This document shows, one piece after another, positions 29,199 to 38,100 of a DNA stretch of 64,000 nt. The DNA is from Saprospirales bacterium (GTDB lineage Bacteria; Bacteroidota; Bacteroidia; Chitinophagales; UBA8649). The notes beneath the pieces are model-generated. The model saw only the letters and a list, made by a program, of their open reading frames with translations, made no database searches and was not told where the DNA came from. Made by a program: the position numbers and the translations under genes. How positions within the stretch are numbered: the first letter of the stretch is position 1; each line of letters begins with the position of its first letter. Location: the NCBI GenBank assembly GCA_002708985.1, contig PAPS01000015.1, positions 429 through 64,428 of the forward strand, in the 5' to 3' direction.

Positions 29199-29308
29199 CA
29201 ATCGCAATCTAATGTTTTTTATGCGCTACAACAAGCCATGAGCTAAGCGAATAATCAACGTTAGTAAGATGACACGATCCAAACAATTCTTTACCGTATT
29301 TTTGTGCA

Positions 29309-29626
29309 ATGAGATGGTACTCTCTTCTACTGTTAACCTGTTTGATTGGACTCTTGTTTGTCCAAACAAGTCCTGCAATCCCTTACGCCCTTATCGATGC
29401 AGATTCCTACGAAGACATCAATAGTGAAGGACAGGAAAAGGAAAGTCAAGAAAACGAACAAGAAGAAAAAGAGGGCGAGGAAAAGGAATCTGAAAAATTT
29501 CTTGAACGGAAAATGGGATTTCTCTCTGCAAATCCTACCCTTTATTTATCAGATCATGCAGGAGCTAATCAACTTAAACACAACCTATACATCGATATCA
29601 TAATTCCGCCTCCGGACTTGATCTAA
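29309..29626 (+). CDS. Hypothetical small secreted acidic protein
   Basis: 105 aa with signal-like MRWYSLLLLTCLIGLLFVQTSPA, followed by a Glu/Lys/Gln low-complexity tract. The overlapping +2 frame ORF (29346..29603) is its very basic shadow. Confidence 0.35.
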   Translation: MRWYSLLLLTCLIGLLFVQTSPAIPYALIDADSYEDINSEGQEKESQENEQEEKEGEEKESEKFLERKMGFLSANPTLYLSDHAGANQLKHNLYIDIIIPPPDLI

Positions 29627-29668
29627 CAGACACAGTATTTTGTTTTGTTAAATCTATCTTAAAAATTT

Positions 29669-31189
29669 ATGAATAATTCATTTTCTTGGAAACAAGACGT
29701 CCCTGCGAGTCTTGTTGTATTTTTTGTTGCACTACCTCTCTGTTTAGGGATTGCCGTAGTGTCCGATGCACCGAACGTTTTTGCAGGGCTTATTGCCGGA
29801 ATTATAGGTGGTATTGTAGTGGCTGCCTTAAGTGGTTCGCGACTGGGCGTTAGTGGTCCTGCAGCGGGTTTAGCGGTTATTGTAGCCACAGCTATCGGAG
29901 AAATCGGATACAGCGCTTTTTTATGGGCTGTAGTCTTAGCTGGCGTTCTTCAACTTACCTCAGGATTTCTCCGAATGGGCGTTATTGCCTATTTCTTTCC
30001 TAACTCTGTAATCAAAGGCATGTTATCAGGTATCGGCCTTGTAATTTTTATTAAAGAGATTCCCCATGCACTAGGCCAAATCAAAGTTGCTGGGGGTCCA
30101 GAACTTGGATTCCTTGAAGGGATTGCCTACGGACCTATTACCATAACTGTCGTCTCGCTGATTATTCTAGCCATCTATGAGAGCAAGTGGGTCAAAAGTC
30201 AGGCATGGAGCCGAATTATGCCTGGTCCACTCTTAGTGGTTATCCTCGGTGTTGCGTTAGGCGTTGCCTTTAAAGGCCAAGCCATGTTAGAACTTCTTGC
30301 AGGTCACCATGTTAACATGCCCGGTTCTGAATCCATGGAAGCCTTACTTAGTGGGGGGCAAGACTTCTCTTCCTACACCAATAAATTCTTTGGACAATTT
30401 CAACTCGTTGATCTATCCGTATTTAAGGATACAAGCTTAATCTATCCTATCATCACGACTGCCTTTGTATTGTGGATTGTGGCTAGCCTTGAGACGCTTT
30501 TATGTGTCGAGGCAACAGACAAACTTGATCCAGAGCATTTTGCAACTCCTACCAATAGAGAGTTAAAGGCGCAAGGGATTGGAAATATCATCTCGGGTTT
30601 GATCGGTGGACTTCCCATTACACAAGTTATTGTGCGTAGTTCGGCCAATATTCAATCCGGCGGAAAATCAAAATACTCGGCAATCATCCACGGTTTTCTT
30701 TTACTGATTTGCGCCTTTAGCATTCCGCAGTTCTTGAGTATGATTCCCTTTGCCTCTTTGGCTGCCATTCTCTTCTTAGTGGGTTATAAGCTTGCCAAAC
30801 CAAGTCTGTTTATCGCGATGTGGAAAAAAGGATATGTACAGTTCGTTCCTTTCTTAGCCACCATTGCAGGGATTCTTTTCTTAGATCTATTGAAGGGTGT
30901 GAGTATAGGACTTGTTATCGCCGTCTTCTTTATCATGTGGAAGCAGTTCAAATCGCCTATCGTATTCGAACAGGTTGGTGGAGATTCAAAGAAATTACAA
31001 CTACACTTGACAAAACATGCAACCTATCTACGTAAGGCATCCTTAATTAAAGCACTCAACGAACTTCCCGAAGGATCAGCACTAGAGGTTGTGTACACAG
31101 GAGACGGTGTCATTGACAATGATATTGCTGATGTCTTCCAAGATTTTCGCGAAGAAGCCCAACGAAAATCAATCACGATTACCAAATAA
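29669..31189 (+). CDS. SulP-family inorganic anion transporter with short C-terminal STAS domain
   Basis: 506 aa and polytopic. SulP-type N-terminus is DVPASLVVFFVALPLCLGIAVVS, plus a conserved region QGIGNIISGLIGGLPITQVIVRSSANI. The C-terminal ~80 aa look like a STAS domain. Confidence 0.9.
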   Translation: MNNSFSWKQDVPASLVVFFVALPLCLGIAVVSDAPNVFAGLIAGIIGGIVVAALSGSRLGVSGPAAGLAVIVATAIGEIGYSAFLWAVVLAGVLQLTSGFLRMGVIAYFFPNSVIKGMLSGIGLVIFIKEIPHALGQIKVAGGPELGFLEGIAYGPITITVVSLIILAIYESKWVKSQAWSRIMPGPLLVVILGVALGVAFKGQAMLELLAGHHVNMPGSESMEALLSGGQDFSSYTNKFFGQFQLVDLSVFKDTSLIYPIITTAFVLWIVASLETLLCVEATDKLDPEHFATPTNRELKAQGIGNIISGLIGGLPITQVIVRSSANIQSGGKSKYSAIIHGFLLLICAFSIPQFLSMIPFASLAAILFLVGYKLAKPSLFIAMWKKGYVQFVPFLATIAGILFLDLLKGVSIGLVIAVFFIMWKQFKSPIVFEQVGGDSKKLQLHLTKHATYLRKASLIKALNELPEGSALEVVYTGDGVIDNDIADVFQDFREEAQRKSITITK

Positions 31190-31219
31190 ACATTTTTATC
31201 TCACTTTTAATGTAACATT

Positions 31220-31681
31220 ATGATAACTAAAGAACAAGTACTTAACGCTCAGAATACCTGGGGAAATGGAGTAGTAAAGATTGGCTCACTTAAGGACTCT
31301 CGAGCGGAATGCGAAGAATTTACCAGTAACTTCCTTGATGAGCTTTACAGCTTTGAGAACGGACCAGTCCTCTTCAAACCTACCAAGTGCGCTACAGAAC
31401 AATTCCGGGCAAGTAAAGCAGAAGCAAAGTCCTATTTTATTGCAGGTGGCGACAGGGCTTGTAGCGAAGACAAAGGATTTGCCATACAACCATGGACTAA
31501 GGTTCGTTTTGAAAACACAGGGATGATTCTAGAAGATAATCGTGCTATTGCTATGGGTAACTATTTTTTTACTGACCTAGATGGCAATGAGGCAAAGGTT
31601 GAGTACACCTTCGGTTATAAGCTCTTAAATGGTGCACTAAAAGTTGACGTTCACCACTCTTCATTTCCTTACAATCCATAA
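31220..31681 (+). CDS. NTF2-like COG4337-type protein, candidate iota-class carbonic anhydrase
   Basis: 153 aa, starting 30 nt after the SulP stop. The overall pattern (N-terminal ...AQNTWGNGVVKIG..., central LFKPT...FRASKAEAKSYF, C-terminal VDVHHSSFPY) resembles the SgcJ/EcaC-type COG4337 family. The iota-CA 'HHHSS' consensus maps to that family; here it reads V-HHSS. Confidence 0.5.
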   Translation: MITKEQVLNAQNTWGNGVVKIGSLKDSRAECEEFTSNFLDELYSFENGPVLFKPTKCATEQFRASKAEAKSYFIAGGDRACSEDKGFAIQPWTKVRFENTGMILEDNRAIAMGNYFFTDLDGNEAKVEYTFGYKLLNGALKVDVHHSSFPYNP

Positions 31682-31722
31682 TAAATATGGTGATTTAATA
31701 GCATAATTCGTATCTTTTCAAG

Positions 31723-32493
31723 ATGGAACTCCAAAACAGAAAACCCTACGATTTACCGCTAGAACCAATGTCTCAAAACTATGAGGCATACACTCAAGAG
31801 CACTTCGAGGTCTGGACAACCTTGTATGATGCACAAATACCAATACTACAAAGTAAAGCGACTGAAAAGTATTTTCAAGGCTTGCAACTTTGCGGTTTTG
31901 AGCGAGAAAAGATTCCCGTAATTAAGGAGGTCAATCAGCGCCTCAAGGCTTCTACAGGATGGGAAGTTTTTATAGTGCCTGGTCTTATAGATGATAAACC
32001 GTTTTTTGAATTTTTGGCAGCGAAAAAGTTTCCAGCAACTACATGGTTACGGGGTAAAGAGGAGTTAGAGTATTTAGAGGAACCTGACATGTTCCACGAT
32101 ATTTTTGCTCATGTTCCATTACTCAGCATTCAACCTTTTGTTGATTTTGTGCAAAAAATGGCCGAGGTTACGCTTCGTTATATCGATAACCCGAAAGCAG
32201 TTAATCTTATGAGCCGTTTATATTGGTTTACCGTCGAGTTCGGGCTAATTCGGGAGCATGGAAACCTCAAGCTTTACGGCGCAGGAATTATGTCTTCATC
32301 GGGCGAAAGTATCTTTGCCACTGAAGATCGAGATGTTCCGCACTATCCTTACGACCTGTCACACATTTTTGATACACCTTATTACAAGCACGACTTTCAG
32401 AAACAATACTTTGTAATTGATTCATACGAGCAACTTTATGATAGTATGGCCACCATGGAAGAGGAACTTAATAAAGCCCTTCTTCGAAACTAA
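31723..32493 (+). CDS. phhA: Phenylalanine 4-monooxygenase
   Basis: 256 aa. The aromatic amino-acid hydroxylase iron-site region is EPDMFHDIFAHVPLL, followed by YWFTVEFGL. Confidence 0.9.
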   Translation: MELQNRKPYDLPLEPMSQNYEAYTQEHFEVWTTLYDAQIPILQSKATEKYFQGLQLCGFEREKIPVIKEVNQRLKASTGWEVFIVPGLIDDKPFFEFLAAKKFPATTWLRGKEELEYLEEPDMFHDIFAHVPLLSIQPFVDFVQKMAEVTLRYIDNPKAVNLMSRLYWFTVEFGLIREHGNLKLYGAGIMSSSGESIFATEDRDVPHYPYDLSHIFDTPYYKHDFQKQYFVIDSYEQLYDSMATMEEELNKALLRN

Positions 32494-32536
32494 ACATCCC
32501 TTGTGAACTTATGAGGTTTTGCAGTGTTACAGAAGC

Positions 32537-33127
32537 ATGAACAGTAACCTCTTCATTCTTGCACCAGCATTATTTTTTTCTGCAATGCTCAATGCTTGCT
32601 CTGGTCAGAAACCTAGCGAATACGTAAATGTTGATGAATCAATTCCTATGAATACAATTCATCAGTTCACCGTGGAAGATATTGAAGGCAATTCCTTTGA
32701 TTTTGCAGCATTAGTTGGTAAAAAAGTCGTCATCGTAAATGTAGCGTCTTATTGCGGTTTAACGCCTCAATACAAAGACCTCCAAGAACTATACGACAAC
32801 TACAAAGACAAAGGCCTAGTGATCGTTGGATTTCCGGCAAACAATTTCCTTTCTCAAGAACCCGGAAGTAATGAGAGCATTCAAACCTTCTGCTCTGCGA
32901 AATACGGGGTAACCTTTCCCATGATGGCTAAGATAAGCGTTAAAGGAAGCAAACAACACCCAATATATGCATGGCTAACTTCAGAAGATCAAAATGGTGT
33001 AGAGAGCACAAGTGTTGGGTGGAATTTTCAAAAATATCTTATCAACGCGGATGGCACGTATCATGCTATGGTTGATCCAAGAACCTCCATTCTTGCTGAA
33101 GAGGTCATCCAATGGGTTGAAAATTAA
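32537..33127 (+). CDS. Glutathione peroxidase (Cys-type), probable lipoprotein
   Basis: The track start at 32519 is a TTG; the ATG at 32537 gives MNSNLFILAPALFFSAMLNAC (lipobox-like). GPx motifs are VNVASYCGLTPQY, GFPANNF and WNFQKYLI. Its stop overlaps the stop of the convergent gene (TTAA at 33124-33127). Confidence 0.9.
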   Translation: MNSNLFILAPALFFSAMLNACSGQKPSEYVNVDESIPMNTIHQFTVEDIEGNSFDFAALVGKKVVIVNVASYCGLTPQYKDLQELYDNYKDKGLVIVGFPANNFLSQEPGSNESIQTFCSAKYGVTFPMMAKISVKGSKQHPIYAWLTSEDQNGVESTSVGWNFQKYLINADGTYHAMVDPRTSILAEEVIQWVEN

Positions 33128-35133
33128 TAGTCCATTAACTCCTGCACACTTTCTTTTAGTCGAGACTTCGCTAGATAATTAGCCTCGAGATCTGGATGAA
33201 AAGGAACAGGAGTTTGTAAGCTTGATACAAAGCGCACGGGAGCATCAAGTTCTTCAAACATATTCTCTCCAATCCAACGGCAGATATCACTGCCTATACC
33301 GCCTATTTCTACATCCTCTTGTAATACTAATACTTTACCCGTGGCCTCCACCGCCTTTCGAATTCCATCATAATCAAGCGGAGCAAGGCTTCTCAGATCA
33401 AATATGTGAGCATCACAATGCAATACTTCGGCAATCTCTTTTGCCCAATGCACCCCCATTCCATAGGTTATGATTGTTACATCGCTACCCTCTTGAATGA
33501 CAGCACCTTGATCAATAGACGTCGTGTAGTAACCCACGGGAACATCATCCTTTAGGCTTCTATATAATGCTTTGTGCTCAAAAAACATCACAGGGTTTGG
33601 ATCATCAATGGCCGCTAACAACATGCCTTTTGCATCACGCGGGGAGGAAGGAAAAACAACTTTCAGCCCAGCCGTATGCGTAAACCAACCCTCATTGGAT
33701 TGAGAATGGTATGGGCCAGCCCCTACCCCAGCACCTGTCGGCATACGAACAACTACACTTGCTGCCTGCCCCCATCGGTAATGGCTTTTTGCAAGATTAT
33801 TTACGATTGCAGTAAAACCCGAAGACACAAAGTCAGCAAATTGCATTTCCACAACGCTCTTACAGCCAGCAATGCTGTATCCTAGGGAGGCACTCAGAAT
33901 GGCTGATTCGCACAAAGGCGTATCTCTAACTCGTTCTGCTCCAAACAATTCGACAAAGCCGTCTGTAATCTTAAATACGCCGCCGTAATCCCCTACGTCC
34001 TGGCCCATAACAACCAAGTTATCATCGTTCATCATAGCTTCTTTTAAGCCATCCGAAATAGCATCGACAAAGCGCATTTCCTTGGTTTTATGCGAAGGAT
34101 CTACTGATACAGGATTATACATTGCGTAGACGTCCTGTATTTCTTGTGCAGTGGATGCCTTTACATTCGCATAACCAATGGCCTTATTCCAGTTCTCTTG
34201 AATACTTTCCTTTATAATCAAGCGCTTTTCCTGGATAGACGTTTCAGTTAAAATGCCACATTCAACTAAAAACAATTCATAGTTCGCCAAAGGATCCTTG
34301 ACAGACCAATCATCAAATTGATATTGTGGAACGTACTTAACGCCTGACGCCTCCTCATGGCCACGCATACGAAACGTATTACATTCTAGTAGCACAGGCC
34401 CCTTCCCATCTCGACAGCGCTGTCCGTGATAGGTAATGTGCTTAAAGACTTCAATAACATTGTTTCCTTCGATAGAAAAGGAAGGAATCCCATAGCCTAA
34501 ACCGCGATCAGAGAGCTTTTCACATCGATATTGCTTAGATGTAGGTGTAGAAAGCCCATAGCCATTATTCTCGATAACAAAGACAACCGGTAATTGCCAA
34601 ACGGCTGCCACATTAAGTGCTTCATGGAAATCTCCCTCACTTGTACCACCTTCGCCAGTAAACACTAAGACAGCCTTATTCTCTTTTGCCAAGGCATGTT
34701 TCAAAGCAATACCATCAGCAACGGCTAACTGAGGACCCAAGTGAGAAATCATTCCGACTATATTGTGCTCGGTCGTGCCGAAATGGAAGGAACGGTCTCT
34801 CCCCTTAGTATAGCCTTCCGGCTTTCCCAACCATTGGGCAAACAAACGATCTAACGGCAAATTTCGTCCTACAAAAACCCCAAGATTTCTATGCATGGGA
34901 AGAATAAACTCGTCGTCATGCATACCGACTGAAGCAGATGCCGAAATGGCTTCTTGCCCAATTCCAGAGAACCACTTAGAAATCTTTCCTTGACGAAGCA
35001 AGCTGAGCATTTTCTCTTCGATAAGACGAGAGGTAAGCATTACTTCGTATAAAGCCAATACCTTATCCGAAGGCACTCCATCTAGATCATAATCAAAATA
35101 GACTGATTTTGCGAGCGTATTATCATCCTTCAT
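33124..35133 (-). CDS. Fused E1 alpha/beta 2-oxoacid dehydrogenase (TPP-dependent), 669-aa form
   Basis: The alpha module has GEGGTSEGDFHEALNVAAVWQLPVVFVIENNGYGLST. The beta module has VVMGQDVGDYGGVFKIT and a C-terminal domain. It is a paralogue of 13813..16212, but no E2 is adjacent. Confidence 0.85.
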   Translation of the reverse strand: MKDDNTLAKSVYFDYDLDGVPSDKVLALYEVMLTSRLIEEKMLSLLRQGKISKWFSGIGQEAISASASVGMHDDEFILPMHRNLGVFVGRNLPLDRLFAQWLGKPEGYTKGRDRSFHFGTTEHNIVGMISHLGPQLAVADGIALKHALAKENKAVLVFTGEGGTSEGDFHEALNVAAVWQLPVVFVIENNGYGLSTPTSKQYRCEKLSDRGLGYGIPSFSIEGNNVIEVFKHITYHGQRCRDGKGPVLLECNTFRMRGHEEASGVKYVPQYQFDDWSVKDPLANYELFLVECGILTETSIQEKRLIIKESIQENWNKAIGYANVKASTAQEIQDVYAMYNPVSVDPSHKTKEMRFVDAISDGLKEAMMNDDNLVVMGQDVGDYGGVFKITDGFVELFGAERVRDTPLCESAILSASLGYSIAGCKSVVEMQFADFVSSGFTAIVNNLAKSHYRWGQAASVVVRMPTGAGVGAGPYHSQSNEGWFTHTAGLKVVFPSSPRDAKGMLLAAIDDPNPVMFFEHKALYRSLKDDVPVGYYTTSIDQGAVIQEGSDVTIITYGMGVHWAKEIAEVLHCDAHIFDLRSLAPLDYDGIRKAVEATGKVLVLQEDVEIGGIGSDICRWIGENMFEELDAPVRFVSSLQTPVPFHPDLEANYLAKSRLKESVQELMDY

Positions 35134-35183
35134 TCAGTGAAGAAACAAATAAAATTCTACTTCTTTACGAATCTAATCCACTT

Positions 35184-38100
35184 CTAATGAAGGAGCAAGA
35201 AACTACCCTTTCTCATATCGGTGTATCCATTGAGAAAGGTAACATCTAAAATGTAGGAAAAAGTCCCAGACTCTTGTTTTACACCCTTGAATGTGCCGTC
35301 CCATCCTTCGAGATGGGCAGCATTACTAGCGAACACAAGCTCACCCCATCGGTTATAGATTGAAATCTGAGCGTCGACTAGATTGACTCCATAGACCAAT
35401 AGCACATCATTCATTCCATCGCCATTAGGAGTAAAGGCGTCAGGGACAAATAAGGCCAACTCGTCATCCACCTTAACAGAAATCGTTGCAAGGTTTTCAT
35501 TAACACATCCGTTGCTATCTACCGCAATGATTTCATAAGTTACATCTTCATAAACAAGAACGGTGGGGTTAATACAATCCGAGCAGCTGAGTCCTGTATT
35601 AGGAGACCATGAGTAGTATTGAAAGTCGTCGCCTACAAAAATCTCTAACGCTTCTCCTAGCGTTACAACAGTGTCGGGTGAAGTTTCTAAGAATCGAGGT
35701 GCTGGCTCACCTATATACACATCTAAAGTATCTGTACAACCTCCAATATTTTCGAAAGCCGTTAAAGAGTAAACACCCGACGTAGCTCCTTCTATCATGC
35801 CATTATTTGAAGAAAGATCTGTACCCACTAGTGTAAAGGTGTAATCCGAAATGTAACCTGGCGTAATTGAATCGATAACAACAGATGCTGATGCCTGGTT
35901 ATAACAGCCTGGATTATTTATCGTGTAGCTAACAATATCAACTGAAGAAGGATCGACCAAAGTTGCTTCATCACTCAATACACAACCATTGGCATCTAAT
36001 ATTCCTAGATCATACGTTGCATCTCCGAACAGACCCGTAACCGTTAACCCTGTGGAAATACTTGTGTCCCCACTTGAAGGATCAAGAACAAATGCATTGA
36101 AAGGCCCTGTCCCACCGCTAACCGTAAAATCAACCATTCCATTAGCCTGTCCTTGACATCTTGGATCACGTACATCAAGCACTGCGTTTAATGCCTCTGG
36201 CTCGTCGATAGTAAACATTAAGGTTAAAGGACAGTCGTTGGCATCAATAATTGTGAAGACATTCAAGCCCGTAGCCAATGTATCAATTACAGCTGAGGAT
36301 AAGTTCGAAATGATGGTATCTGAATTAAATGCTAAAGAATAACTCCCACTGCCTCCTGAAACTCCATTGATTACTAAACGGCCATCTTGGTAACCAAAGC
36401 AACTTATATCTTCTGTGGAGTAGTCTGCATCGATTGCATTGGGCTGACTAATATCAACTTGTATTGAGGCCTCACATAAATTCCCATCAGTTACAGTGGC
36501 AATGTAGAGACCAGCGGGTAAGGCATTAAATACATTGCCCGTCAAACCTAGCTCTTCCAATTCTATGGTCAGTATGCCACTACCGCCTTGAGCAGACACC
36601 TCAATCTCACCATTATCTGACTCGAAACAAGAGAGATCTACAGTACGGACAACATCAATTTCTAAAAGGACGGGTGCACCTATGGTTGCAGCGGTATCAA
36701 TCGTACAACCAACAGCGTCGGTTATAGTTGTAAGGTAATTCCCAGCAGGAAGCCCCGTAAACAAGCCATTACTTTGACTTGGAACCCCTATCATAGTGTA
36801 GGTGTATGGTGCCTCACCGCCTTGGACGGTATACTCTATTTGACCATCGCTATCCCCTTCACATAACACACTATCCGTACGAACACTTGAGATGAATAAG
36901 AGCGGATTTTCCGATAAAACAACGGATTGACATGCAACCGTATCACCGATGTTATCTTGAACGGTTACCGAGTAGGTCCCCGCTGCAAGCCCTGTAAAGA
37001 CATTGGAACTCTGATAGGTAAGACCGCAGTCTATACTATAGTTATAAGGCGGAATTCCTCCCTCAGCTTGCAAGATTATTGATCCTGTACTTTCTCCAAA
37101 GCAATCAATACTCACAAAGTCAACCGAAGGTAGTGTTAGTGGGAGGGGTTCGGTTACAAAAACACTGTCGGACGTGACACAGCCATTTGCGTCCGTAACT
37201 TCCAGCAGATAACCTCCAGCAGGTAGATTATCGAAGGCAAGTGTATTAGTCGATAATAGGTCATCCAAAGTGAAGTTATAAGGAGCAGTCCCTCCATTCG
37301 CATTGAATTGCACAGAACCATCGCTTGCACCAAAACCTGATACGGGGATAATAGCAGTGATATTTAAGGCTAGCGCGCTTGGCTGTTCGACAAGACCGGT
37401 AGCAAACGCTTCACATCCATTGGCATCGGTCAATGTAATCGCAGTATATAAACCAGCGCTTAACCCACTAAACGTATTAGAACTTTGGGATACACCATTA
37501 CCAAGATCATATGCAATTGTGCCAATTCCCCCTGTAGAAAAGATAGTTATAGCTCCATCACTACCCCCATTGCAAGATACAGAATCCACAACTACCGAAT
37601 CCACAATAAAACCACTGGGATCTGATAGCGGAATCAAGGTGTCAATAATACACCCAACCGCATTGGTGATTTGAATCGACAGACTTCCTGCCGACAAATT
37701 AGTTACTGTATATGTCGAAGCACTAATCGAACCTATATTATTACCATTTGCAATAATGTTATATGGACCTTGTCCCGGTGAGTAATTCACTGTGACTGAG
37801 CCTGATGTTGTACCAGTGCAGTCAAAGCCATCAACCGAAAAACTCGTCAATGCAAAAGAAGATGCAGCATTCACCGTAAATTCTTGGGCAGCACTACATC
37901 CTGTTTGTCCAACTTGGTCTCCCACCATTAGATAGTAAGTGTCTGGACAGAGACCATCGAACGTATTGGATGATTGAAAGGTCAGTCCTGAATCAATGGA
38001 ATATGAATAAGGCGGTGTTCCGTTTAAACCGTCCATAGTGATTGAACCATCGCAAGCTCCACCGCATTGTTCATCGACAACAAGAACATTTGTCGGCTCA

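Noticed and set aside
29346-29603. 85-aa highly basic ORF (KDRKRKVKKTNKKKKRARKR...)
   Set aside because: It is a frame-shifted shadow of the GAA/AAG-rich tract. The overlapping frame (29309..29626) has a signal peptide and is the more plausible, though still weak, CDS.
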